Shown one piece after another: positions 38,331-47,207 of a DNA stretch of 64,000 bases. The first letter of the stretch is position 1. Every line of letters begins with the position of its first letter. Under the pieces are notes generated by a model that was not told the origin of the DNA, searched no databases, and saw nothing but the letters and a program-made list of their open reading frames with translations. The position numbers were made by a program, and so were the translations under genes. Source of the stretch: Mycobacteriales bacterium (GTDB taxonomy: Bacteria > Actinomycetota > Actinomycetes > Mycobacteriales > SCTD01); the NCBI GenBank assembly GCA_038235705.1, contig JBBSTR010000004.1, positions 133 through 64,132 on the forward strand, read 5' to 3'.

Positions 38331-39211
38331 CCGGGTCGACCGCACACCGCCGGCGGCGTCTCGGCGTCCTGCTCGCGGCGATCGTCGTCGTCCCGTCGGT
38401 CTGGCTCGGCGTCGACTGGCTCGCCACGACAAGTTCCGGTGCCTCCGTCGCTGCCGGCCCGGTGGGTCCCCCGCCGGAGGCGCCCGCCGTCACGACGCCG
38501 ACCGCACCGACACCGACGACGGCCGGTCCGTCAGCCGCGACCGCCACGCCGCTGCCGGTGAGCGACGTGTTCGTTCCCGGCGGCGAGAAGCTCATCGACG
38601 TACCCGTCCTGCGACAGCTCCCCGAGCTGCCGAACGGCTGCGAGGTCACCAGCCTGACGATGCTCCTGGGCGCCGGCGGCGTGAGCGTTGACAAGCTCAC
38701 GCTCGCCGACGCCCAGGAGAACGACCCCACCCCCCCGGTGTTCGCGCCGGGCAAGCGGGGCTTCTACGACATCGTCCGCTGGGGCAACCCCAACGACTCC
38801 TTCGTCGGACCTGTGCGCGGCTACGGCGGTTTCGGGATCTACCACGCCCCGCTGGCCCGGCTCGCCAGTGCGAAGGCGCCGGGACGGGTCCTCGACCTCA
38901 CCGGCACGGGCTTCAGCGCCGTCGTCGACCAGGTGCGTCAAGGTCACCCCGTGCTGGTCTGGACGACCGTCAGCCAGACGCCCGTGACCCGGTGGGTCAC
39001 CTGGCAGACCCCGCAGGGCCCGTTCACCGGTACCTCGCAGGAGCACGCCGTCGTCGTCGTCGGCTTCAACGCAAAGGGACTGGTCATCAACGACCCGCTC
39101 TCCGGTAGCCGCAAGACGGTCGCCGCGGCGCCCTTCATCACCTCCTGGGTGCAGCTCGGTCGCCAAGCCCTGACCTTGAGCCCAGCCGACGGACCCTCGA
39201 ACCTGTCGTGA
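38312..39211 (+). CDS. Membrane-anchored C39-like (YvpB/Peptidase_C39_2) cysteine peptidase
   Basis: RRRR plus TM helix, Pro/Thr linker, QLPELPNGCEVTSLTMLL (Cys), QEHAVVVVG (His) and INDP (Asp). Confidence 0.85.
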   Translation: MSAHAVAGSTAHRRRRLGVLLAAIVVVPSVWLGVDWLATTSSGASVAAGPVGPPPEAPAVTTPTAPTPTTAGPSAATATPLPVSDVFVPGGEKLIDVPVLRQLPELPNGCEVTSLTMLLGAGGVSVDKLTLADAQENDPTPPVFAPGKRGFYDIVRWGNPNDSFVGPVRGYGGFGIYHAPLARLASAKAPGRVLDLTGTGFSAVVDQVRQGHPVLVWTTVSQTPVTRWVTWQTPQGPFTGTSQEHAVVVVGFNAKGLVINDPLSGSRKTVAAAPFITSWVQLGRQALTLSPADGPSNLS

Positions 39212-39252
39212 TCGACCATTGGCGCATGCGCCGTCCCTCCAGGCGTCGGTGA

Positions 39253-39315
39253 CAGCTGCCCTGGACCGTGCTCGCCGACCCGTCCGGCGACGAGTTGTGC
39301 AGCCTGCCCGGCTGA
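39253..39315 (+). pseudogene. C-terminal relic of a VOC/glyoxalase gene
   Basis: QLPWTVLADPSGDELCSLPG* resembles the W.VLADPEGNEFC terminus; preceded by an in-frame stop. Confidence 0.6.
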
Positions 39316-39424
39316 CCGTCGCTGGACCGCCCCAGAGAGCTCGCGGAGGTGATGGCCGGGCCCCAGCCCTCGCGGCGCAGCCCCGCCGGTAGCGGTCGGG
39401 CAGGACTTCTGACAGCCTGACCTC

Positions 39425-40336
39425 ATGCGCGTTCTGGTCACAGGGTCCGAGGGCAAGGTCGGCGTCGCCACGGTGCAGGCACTGCTCGAGGCAGGGCACG
39501 ACGTCACCGGGGTGGACGTCGCCCGGCCGAGCTTCGACACGGCGGAGCCGGGCGCGGCGGCCTACCAGCAGGCCGACCTGCTCGACGCCGGCAGCGCGTA
39601 CGCCGTCGTCCGCGGCCACGACGCGGTCGTGCACACCGCCGCCATCCCGGAGCCGACGCAGAACCCGCCCCACGTGGTCTTCGCCAACCTCGCGGTGACG
39701 TTCAACGTGCTCGAAGCGGCGGTCCGGTTCGGGGTCTCTCGGTTCGTCAACGTGTCGTCGGAGACGGTGCCCGGCTTCTTCTTCCCGGAGCGGCACTTCG
39801 TGCCGGACTACGTCCCGGTCGACGAGGAGCACCCGGTCCGGCCGCAGGACCCGTACGCGCTGTCGAAGCACTTCGGCGAGCAGCTGATGGACGCCGCCGT
39901 GCGCCGGTCCGACCTGCGCTGCATCTCGATCCGGCCGAGCTGGGTCCAGACGAAGGACAACTACGCACGCAACCTTGGACCGCTGCTCGCCGACCGGAGC
40001 CTGCTGACGCCGAGCCTGTGGTCCTACATCGACGTGCTGGACCTCGCCGACGCGCTGGTCCTGGCCGTCAAGAGCGACCTGCCGGGGCACGAGGTCTTCT
40101 ACATCGCCTCGCCCGACAACGTCGGCGGCCGGGACCTGGCGGCAGCGACGCAGGAGCACTACGGGGACCGGATCGCCGTGCGGGACCTCGCGCGTCCGGA
40201 CGCCTCCGGGATCTCGTGCGCCAAGGCGGAGCGGCTGCTCGGCTACCGGCCGACCCGCAGCTGGCGCGACCACCTGACCGAGTCCGGCTCGCCGCACCAG
40301 CCCGTACGGGAAGGGTCCCCGGGTCGCAGCCGTTGA
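39425..40336 (+). CDS. NAD-dependent epimerase/dehydratase
   Basis: [17 protein letters not shown] and YALSK (YxxxK). Confidence 0.9.
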   Translation: MRVLVTGSEGKVGVATVQALLEAGHDVTGVDVARPSFDTAEPGAAAYQQADLLDAGSAYAVVRGHDAVVHTAAIPEPTQNPPHVVFANLAVTFNVLEAAVRFGVSRFVNVSSETVPGFFFPERHFVPDYVPVDEEHPVRPQDPYALSKHFGEQLMDAAVRRSDLRCISIRPSWVQTKDNYARNLGPLLADRSLLTPSLWSYIDVLDLADALVLAVKSDLPGHEVFYIASPDNVGGRDLAAATQEHYGDRIAVRDLARPDASGISCAKAERLLGYRPTRSWRDHLTESGSPHQPVREGSPGRSR

Positions 40337-40343
40337 CGTCGGC

Positions 40344-41348
40344 ATGAGGCTCAGCGTGCTCGACGTGTCCCCCGTCCCCTCCGGCTCGACCCCGGCGGAC
40401 GCCCTGCACAACACGCTGGACCTGGCCCGGCACGTCGAGCGCCTCGGCTACCACCGTTACTGGCTGGCCGAGCACCACTCCATGCCGGGGATCGCGTCCT
40501 CCGCCCCGCCGGTGGTGATCGGCGCGGTCGCCGCCGCGACGTCCACGATGCGGGTCGGGTCCGGCGGTGTGATGCTGCCCAACCACGCGCCGCTGGTCGT
40601 CGCCGAGCAGTTCGGGACGCTCGACGCGCTGCACCCAGGGCGCATCGACCTGGGTCTCGGTCGGGCGCCCGGCACCGACCAGGTCACCGCGCACGCGCTG
40701 CGCCGCTCCGCGTCGGCGCTCTCAGAAGAGGACTTCCCGCAGCAGGTCGCGCAGCTGCGGGCCTTCTTCTCCGGCGGCTACCCGGACGACCACCCGTACG
40801 CGGCGATCACCGCAGTCCCGGGGCTCGGCGCCCAGATTGACGTGTGGCTGCTCGGGTCCTCTACCTACAGCGCACAGCTGGCCGGGCTGCTCGGTCTGCC
40901 GTATGCGCACGCGCACCACTTCGCCTCGGGCACGACCGACGCGGCGGTGGCGGCCTACCGACAGGTGTTCCGGCCGGGCGCGCTCACCGAGCCCTACGTC
41001 ATGGTCACCGCCTCGGTCGTCGCTGCCGCGGACGACGACAGGGCGACCTGGCTGGCGGCCCCGCTCGCGCTGGCGATGGCCCGGCTCCGTGGCGGGGAGC
41101 CCGGCACCTTCCCTTCGCCGGAGGAGGCTGCCGCCCAGCCGCTGACTCCGTCGCAGCGGGCCTCGCTCGGCGGGATGGTGGGCAGCGCGATCGTCGGCGG
41201 GCCGTCGACGGTCGAGAACGGGCTCCGGGCGTTGTCGGAGCGGACCGGTGCGGACGAGCTGATGATCTCGACGATGGTGCACGGGCACGAAGACCGGCTG
41301 GCGAGCTTCGACCTGGTCGCTAGGGCTCTGCTGCCGGTCGCCGTCTAG
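40344..41348 (+). CDS. LLM-class flavin-dependent oxidoreductase (luciferase-like)
   Basis: [36 protein letters not shown] and WLLGSS motifs. Confidence 0.93.
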   Translation: MRLSVLDVSPVPSGSTPADALHNTLDLARHVERLGYHRYWLAEHHSMPGIASSAPPVVIGAVAAATSTMRVGSGGVMLPNHAPLVVAEQFGTLDALHPGRIDLGLGRAPGTDQVTAHALRRSASALSEEDFPQQVAQLRAFFSGGYPDDHPYAAITAVPGLGAQIDVWLLGSSTYSAQLAGLLGLPYAHAHHFASGTTDAAVAAYRQVFRPGALTEPYVMVTASVVAAADDDRATWLAAPLALAMARLRGGEPGTFPSPEEAAAQPLTPSQRASLGGMVGSAIVGGPSTVENGLRALSERTGADELMISTMVHGHEDRLASFDLVARALLPVAV

Positions 41349-42907
41349 CCGCCTGGGGCGGGCTCGACGCGGTTGCGCCCGCCGTTCTTGGCGGCGTAGA
41401 GGTGGTGGTCTGCCTCGCGGAGCAGGTAGGCCCGACCCTGCGCGGAGCGCGCCGGGCCCGACGCCACGGCCACGCCCACACTGGCGGTGATCGGCACCCC
41501 AGGAGCGAGCGTGGACCAGTCCAGGCCGCAGATGTCCCGGCGCAGCACCTCGGTTACCTCGACGGCGTGCGTGAGTTCGACCCCGGGCAGCACGAGCAGG
41601 AACTCCTCGCCCCCGAGCCGCGCCGCGTACGCCTCGGACGACCCCGGAGCGGCTGCGGCTGCGTCCTGCAGCATCGTCGCCAGTCGTACGAGCACCGCGT
41701 CTCCCGCCTCGTGCGAACAGGTGTCGTTCACGCGCTTGAAGTGGTCCAGGTCGATCAGCGCCACCGCAAGCAGGCGCGAGCCGGCGTCGGACCGGGTCAG
41801 GCGACGGTCGAGGTCCTCGTCGACGAACCGTCGGTTGCGCAGACCGGTCAGCGCGTCGCGGTAGGACATCTCCCGATAGCGTGCGCTCTCGCGGCGAGCC
41901 TCGTCGACCTCGAGCATCGCGTGCAGGGTCTGCGCCCGGGCCTCGCTGGCCTTGGAGCGCATCTCCAGGGTCTCGGTGTGGAATCGGCGGTACAGAGCGA
42001 GGGCACCGGCGGGGTCCCCACCCGCAGCCAGCAGCTCGGCCCGCTCGCCGAGCGCCCCGACCCGCACGGCGTGCCACTCCTGGCCGGCAGTGAGCCGCTC
42101 GGCGACGCCCAGACTGACGTCGGCGGCGTCCAGCTCGCCCGTCTCGCGCTCGATCCGGGCCAGGACCAGCCAGGCGAACGCGACGACGACCGGGGTGGGG
42201 TCGGGCTCGTCACGCAGGTGCCGGCGCAGCAGCGTGATGGCCTCGCGCGACCGTCCGACGGCGTGCAGGATCTCGGCCACGGTGTCGGCGTTCACGGTCT
42301 TCAGCGCCACGCCGTGCTGAGCGACCGTCGTCTGCATCTGCTCGGTCAGGTCCAGCGCGAGCGGGAGGTCGTCGGACACCAGCGCCGAGTACGCCCAGTT
42401 GTTCATCACCTTGAGCGAGAGCCACGGTGTGGCGAGCCCGCGAGCATGCCCACGCGCCTCCCGGTAGCGCGGACGCGCGTCAGCGCAGGACCCGCACTCG
42501 TCGAGCGCGTCCGCCAGGGCGAGAGCCACCCGGCACCGCATCGCCGGCGCGAGGTGCTCGCCGTCGAGGGCGCGGGCGCGCACAGCCTGCTCGAGCGCTC
42601 TGGACGGGTCACCGAGCTTGCGGAACAGGACGCTCAGCGCTGTCTCCGCACCGACCTCGACCCTGCGGTCGCCCTCGGCGACGGCCTGCTCGCGCAGCTC
42701 GACGACGCGCCTTGCCGCAGCGGCCGAGCCGTGCTCACGGACGGTCTCGTCGACCAACAGCAGGGTCAGTCGCGCCCGAGGACTCCGGTTGCCGGGCGTG
42801 GCCGGCAGCTGCGCGAGCATGTCGCGGACCATCGGGGGCGCGTCCGCCCGCCACTCGTAGGACTGCTCGAGCTCGTCGAGGAGCCCATCGATCTGCGTCA
42901 TGAGCAT
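41345..42907 (-). CDS. Diguanylate cyclase with TPR-like helical N-terminal region (copy 1)
   Basis: [40 protein letters not shown] and AD..LYAAK.GGRNR motifs. Confidence 0.9.
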   Translation of the reverse strand: MLMTQIDGLLDELEQSYEWRADAPPMVRDMLAQLPATPGNRSPRARLTLLLVDETVREHGSAAAARRVVELREQAVAEGDRRVEVGAETALSVLFRKLGDPSRALEQAVRARALDGEHLAPAMRCRVALALADALDECGSCADARPRYREARGHARGLATPWLSLKVMNNWAYSALVSDDLPLALDLTEQMQTTVAQHGVALKTVNADTVAEILHAVGRSREAITLLRRHLRDEPDPTPVVVAFAWLVLARIERETGELDAADVSLGVAERLTAGQEWHAVRVGALGERAELLAAGGDPAGALALYRRFHTETLEMRSKASEARAQTLHAMLEVDEARRESARYREMSYRDALTGLRNRRFVDEDLDRRLTRSDAGSRLLAVALIDLDHFKRVNDTCSHEAGDAVLVRLATMLQDAAAAAPGSSEAYAARLGGEEFLLVLPGVELTHAVEVTEVLRRDICGLDWSTLAPGVPITASVGVAVASGPARSAQGRAYLLREADHHLYAAKNGGRNRVEPAPGG

Positions 42908-42949
42908 CCGTGGCCCTCCCCCGCGTCGCGCACCCCCCCACATACTCGC

Positions 42950-43105
42950 TCATCGTCCCCGACGGTCAGCCTTGCACCGACGCCCGGGCTCCGCCGCCGC
43001 CCCACGGATGACCTCGTCGAGCCCGAGCAGCGTCATGCGTTCACGCCGTCGTGCGCCTGCGAGCGCGTCGGGCCGGGGGTCGCCTGCAGCAACCGTTCAG
43101 CGCAT
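42950..43105 (-). pseudogene. Decayed N-terminal fragment of a third diguanylate cyclase paralog
   Basis: Minus-strand frames give ERLLQATPGPTRSQAH then RMTLLGLDEVIRGAAAE, matching [25 protein letters not shown] (copy 1) and RARATLLGLDQVISEQGAAA (copy 2). AGCCCGAGCAGCGTC is shared exactly with 45023-45037. Confidence 0.65.
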
Positions 43106-43159
43106 CGCCGGCCGCGGGCGGGCGTCACGTGCGGCAAGATCGCCACCGGAGCAGGATCT

Positions 43160-43208
43160 GGTTGTGGACAACCCGCACGGCGAGGCTGGGCTCGGCATCG
43201 TGCCCCGC
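43160..43208 (+). promoter_or_regulatory. DnaA-box-like site plus putative leaderless promoter
   Basis: TGTGGACAA (43163-43171; reverse complement TTGTCCACA), 24 nt, CATCGT (-10-like), 7 nt, ATG 43209. Confidence 0.55.
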
Positions 43209-43526
43209 ATGACAACCAATCTCGATTCCCGTGAGGCCACCGCCCTGGCCTTGTACGCCAAGCACCCCCTGCAGGACGGCGACGTCGTCTTCCTGCTCGA
43301 CGGCAAGCACCTGCTGGAGGTCAACGGTCTGGCCGACCACTGGCAGCGGGCTCGCGACGGCGTGCTGCACACCCTGACGGGCAATGCTCGGCACCGCGTC
43401 CTGCTGGCCGTCACCCGTCAGGGGGCGGACCTGCACGGTGGAGACCACGCCCTCTGGGCTGACCTCAAGACCACCCTGGCGGGCTCCCGGATCAAGGTGC
43501 TGCCGATCCAGGCGCTGCGCTGCTGA
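43209..43526 (+). CDS. Small hypothetical protein (105 aa)
   Basis: Good GC3 bias; protein-like composition (VVFLLDG, VLLAVTRQG, DHALW); followed by a hairpin. Confidence 0.7.
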   Translation: MTTNLDSREATALALYAKHPLQDGDVVFLLDGKHLLEVNGLADHWQRARDGVLHTLTGNARHRVLLAVTRQGADLHGGDHALWADLKTTLAGSRIKVLPIQALRC

Positions 43527-43573
43527 GGAGACGACTTGTGCGGCATCCGCCTGGGCTGCGCCCCTGACGACGG

Positions 43574-43609
43574 AGACGCAGGCTCGAGCGCTGGAACGCG
43601 CCTGCGTCT
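43574..43609. terminator. Stem-loop between convergent genes
   Basis: AGACGCAGGC ... GCCTGCGTCT, 10-bp perfect stem. Confidence 0.5.
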
Positions 43610-43614
43610 TCCCG

Positions 43615-45201
43615 TCAGCTCATCCGGGCCCGGCCGGCGTGCGGCTCGACGCGGTTGCGACCGTTTCGCTTGGCGGCGTAGAGGTGGCCGTCGGCCTCCC
43701 GCAGCAGGTCGGCCCGTCCGTAGCGAACGGGCGACGAGCCTCCCGTCGTGGCGACACCGATGCTGGCGGTCACCGGCACGCCCTCGCAGAGGTCGGACCA
43801 GTCGAGGGCAGCCATCTGACGACGCACGCCCTCGGCGATCTCGTAGGCGCCGCTGAGGTCGGCACCGGGGAGCACCAGCAGGAACTCCTCACCGCCGAGG
43901 CGAGCGGCGTACGCCCCTTCGCCCCCTCGGGTACCGGCTGCGCTGGTCTCCAGCAAGGCAGCCAGCCGGACCAGCACGGCGTCCCCGGCCTCGTGAGAGC
44001 ACCGGTCGTTGACGTGCTTGAAGTGGTCGAGGTCGACCATCGCGATCGCGACCGGAGCGGCGCGGCCGAGCCGGCGGTCCAGGTCCTCGTCCACGTGGCG
44101 TCGGTTGAACAGGCCCGTCAGCGGGTCGCGGTAGGACATCTCGCGGTAGCGGGCGCTCTCGCGGCGGGCCTCGTCCACCTCGAACATCGCGTGCAGCGTC
44201 CGGGCACGGGCGTCGCTGGCCTCCGACCGCAGCTCGAGGGTTTCGGCCATGAAACGCCGGTGCATCTCGTAGGCGCTGGCGTGGTCGCCCCGCGCGGCGA
44301 GCAGCTCGGCGCGAGCCCCCATCACCTCGACCCGCAGCGCACGGAGGGCGCCCGTGGAGGTGATCTCCTCGGTGGCGTCCAGGCTCGCTTCGGCACCGTC
44401 CAGAGCGCCCATGTCGCGCTGGATCTGCGCGAGCGTCAGCCAGCACCCTGCCCTGTTCACCGGGTCGACCGAGGGGTCGGCCGCGAGGCGGTGCCTCAGC
44501 AGGTCTGCCGCCTCCTGCGACCGACCCAGGGCATGGCTCACCTCGGCGATGGTGCTGACCAGGCTCAGGATCGGGGTCAGCGCATTCTCGCGACACAGGT
44601 CCTGCACCTGCGCCACCAGCGCCGCAGCGCTGGTCAGCTCACCGAAGAGCAGGTCGGTGTACGCCCAGTTGTTGAGCACCTGGGCCGTGAGATGGACGCT
44701 GCCCCACCCGCGGGCGTGCTCGAGCGCCTGGCGGTAGTGCTCTCGCGCGTCCTCGGCCGACCCGCTCAGGGCCAGGCTGTCCGCCGTGACCATGTGCAGC
44801 TTGCACCGGTGCACCGCTGTGAGACGACCGTCGTCCAGGGTGAGCGAGGCGACGGCGTGCTCGAGTGCCGCCGCAGGGTCACCGATCTTGCGGAACAACA
44901 GGCTGAGGGCCCGCTCGGCGTGCGCCTGAAGGGCCCGGTCGCCGTGGGCCTCCGCACGGTCCCGCACGCCGAGCGCGATCGGGGCCGCGGCGGCCGCGCC
45001 CTGCTCGCTGATCACCTGGTCCAGCCCGAGCAGCGTCGCCCGCGCCCGCTGCGCCTCGGCCGCGGGCGGCGCGGGCAAGACGGCCAGGACGCTCTGCACG
45101 AGCTCAGCGGCGTCGTCACGCCAGGCGTAGGAGGCGTCGAGGTCGTCCAGCAGGCGGTCGACCTCCGCCAGGTCGCGCTCGGTGTCCTGCACCGTGATCA
45201 T
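43615..45201 (-). CDS. Diguanylate cyclase with TPR-like helical N-terminal region (copy 2)
   Basis: DPLTGLFNRR, VDLDHFKHVND..SHEAGD, RLGGEEF and TASIGV; colinear with copy 1 along its full length. Confidence 0.9.
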   Translation of the reverse strand: MITVQDTERDLAEVDRLLDDLDASYAWRDDAAELVQSVLAVLPAPPAAEAQRARATLLGLDQVISEQGAAAAAPIALGVRDRAEAHGDRALQAHAERALSLLFRKIGDPAAALEHAVASLTLDDGRLTAVHRCKLHMVTADSLALSGSAEDAREHYRQALEHARGWGSVHLTAQVLNNWAYTDLLFGELTSAAALVAQVQDLCRENALTPILSLVSTIAEVSHALGRSQEAADLLRHRLAADPSVDPVNRAGCWLTLAQIQRDMGALDGAEASLDATEEITSTGALRALRVEVMGARAELLAARGDHASAYEMHRRFMAETLELRSEASDARARTLHAMFEVDEARRESARYREMSYRDPLTGLFNRRHVDEDLDRRLGRAAPVAIAMVDLDHFKHVNDRCSHEAGDAVLVRLAALLETSAAGTRGGEGAYAARLGGEEFLLVLPGADLSGAYEIAEGVRRQMAALDWSDLCEGVPVTASIGVATTGGSSPVRYGRADLLREADGHLYAAKRNGRNRVEPHAGRARMS

Positions 45202-45314
45202 CACCGTGCTCACCTCGTCGGCTTGGCCTTCCCGTCCCGCCCCCACCTTGCACGGGTGTTCGTCACACCGGCCCGCGGCCTTGAACGGTAGTTCGGAGAC
45301 GGTCACACCCCGTT

Positions 45315-47207
45315 TCACGACATCCGTTCGCGCAGACCGGTGGCGCGGGCGCTCCGTCGGGTGACGCACGCCCTGACCGCCTCCCGAGAGCCGATCAGCG
45401 TGACCCGCCGCTGCGCGCGGGTCACTGCGGTGTAAAGCGTCTCCCTGGTGGCCAGGGGCGAGCCGGCCTCAGGCAGCACCACGGTGACGTGCTCGAACTG
45501 CGAGCCCTGTGCCCGGTGCACGGTGACAGCGTGCATGGGTGTCACGTCGCCGAGCCGCCCGAGCGCCAGGGTGCGGATCCCGGACACGGTCACGAACGCG
45601 GCCTGCAGCGGGCTGTCGGGCCCCGTACCCGCGACGACCACGCCGGTGTCTCCGTTGAACAGCCCTTCGTCGTAGGTGTTTGCGGTCACCAGCAGCGGCA
45701 GCCCGACGTAGCGGCCGTCGCGCTGCACCGGCACCCCGTGCTGCTCGACCCACCGCTGCACAAGCAGCGACCATGCGACCACGCCCCGCGGCCCGTGCCG
45801 GTGGGCGCAGAGCAGCCGGTGCTGGTCGAGAGCACCGAGTGCGGTTTTGGCGTCGGCCCCGAACATCGTCTCGTAGCTGCCCAGCACACTGGCCCGGACG
45901 TGTTCCTGGACGTCCTTGGGGATCGGGGCACCGTCCGGGACGGTCAGCAGCTCGACCTCGCCACCGCCGGCAAGAACCTGCTCGGCGGCGTCCCCGTCCC
46001 CGTCCCTGAGCGACTGCGCGAGCTGTTCGATCTCGCCGCCGAAGCGGTGGACCGTGCGCAGGATGGCCACACCCGCCCGGTCGCCGGGCCGGTGCGGCGG
46101 GTCCTGCGGAACGACGGCCGCCAGGTCGACCGTTGCCGCGCCGCCGGGTGCTGCCCGCGCGGCGGCCGAGGCCGCGGCTGACGGCGGTCCGTCGACCGGC
46201 GCGGCGAACGTCACGTCCTCGTGGCCTGCGACCCCGGCTGCGGCGACCAGGTCGCCCAGCACCGCCCCGGCCTCGACGGCCGCCAGCTGGTCCGGGTCAC
46301 CGACCAGTACGAGCCGGGCGGTCGGTGCGAGTGCGTCGAGCAACCGGTCGAACAGCCCGAGCGACAGCATGGACGCCTCGTCGACGACGACCACGTCGAA
46401 CGGCAGCGGCGACGACGCGTCATGCCTCGCCCCGTTGCCCCGGCGCCGGAGCCCGAGCAACCGGTGGAGCGTGCTGGCCGTCAGCGTCGCCAGCCACGCG
46501 CGGTCGTCCGGCAGCTCGGCGGCGTGCACCGCTTCCTGCAGCCGGGCCGCCGCCTTCCCGGTCGGCGCAGCGAGCGCCACCCGCAGGCCTGGTCCAGAGA
46601 CCTCGCGCAGTGCCGCCAGCAGCCGCGCGACCGTCGTGGTCTTCCCGGTCCCCGGACCACCGCCGAGGACGGACACCGAGCTGGTCGCGCAGACCGCTGC
46701 CGCACGCCGCTGCTCGTCGGGGCCGATCCGCGGGAAGAGCCGGTCCAGCGCAGCCGCGAGCTCGGGGGCCGCGACGGCAAGCTTGCGACGGGTGAGCAGC
46801 TGCCCGGCGACCCGGCTCTCCTGCTGCCACGACCGGGTCAGCCAGAGCCCGCCGTCGTGGGCGTGCAGCGGAGCGCCGGGCCCGGTCACGAGCGGACTGC
46901 CCGAGACGGCGGCCTGCCATGGGCCGAGCTCGGGCCAGGGCAGCTCGACCACGGTCGGTCGCGGGTCGGTCTCGTCGGGCGTCGTCACGTCGACGCTGTC
47001 CTGGACCTCGGCCAGCCGGAGCACGACCGACCCGGACCGCAACGCACGCACGGTCAGGGCGACGGCCAGCAGCACGCGTTCGTCCAGCTCTGCCCCGAGC
47101 CGACCCAGCCGCAGTGCGACGTGCACGTCGGCGGGCTCGAGCACCCCGGCGACGTTGAAGTCGGCGAGCAGCCCCGTGGCCCGGCTGACCAGCCGGAGAT
47201 CGCTCAT
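45315..47207 (-). CDS. recD: Exodeoxyribonuclease V alpha subunit
   Basis: GGPGTGKTT, APTGKAAARL, STLHRLLG, VVDEASM, GDPDQL, NGDTG, TVHRAQGS and LYTAVTRA motifs. Confidence 0.95.
   Translation of the reverse strand: MSDLRLVSRATGLLADFNVAGVLEPADVHVALRLGRLGAELDERVLLAVALTVRALRSGSVVLRLAEVQDSVDVTTPDETDPRPTVVELPWPELGPWQAAVSGSPLVTGPGAPLHAHDGGLWLTRSWQQESRVAGQLLTRRKLAVAAPELAAALDRLFPRIGPDEQRRAAAVCATSSVSVLGGGPGTGKTTTVARLLAALREVSGPGLRVALAAPTGKAAARLQEAVHAAELPDDRAWLATLTASTLHRLLGLRRRGNGARHDASSPLPFDVVVVDEASMLSLGLFDRLLDALAPTARLVLVGDPDQLAAVEAGAVLGDLVAAAGVAGHEDVTFAAPVDGPPSAAASAAARAAPGGAATVDLAAVVPQDPPHRPGDRAGVAILRTVHRFGGEIEQLAQSLRDGDGDAAEQVLAGGGEVELLTVPDGAPIPKDVQEHVRASVLGSYETMFGADAKTALGALDQHRLLCAHRHGPRGVVAWSLLVQRWVEQHGVPVQRDGRYVGLPLLVTANTYDEGLFNGDTGVVVAGTGPDSPLQAAFVTVSGIRTLALGRLGDVTPMHAVTVHRAQGSQFEHVTVVLPEAGSPLATRETLYTAVTRAQRRVTLIGSREAVRACVTRRSARATGLRERMS

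Noticed and set aside
36355..39211. Lasso-peptide or other RiPP cluster (asparagine-synthase-like enzyme, cysteine peptidase, small ORF)
   Set aside because: AsnB keeps a full MCGIAG glutaminase domain, there is no PqqD/RRE or transglutaminase-like B protein, the peptidase is exported, and the small ORF lacks the YxxPxL...T-x-G lasso leader pattern.
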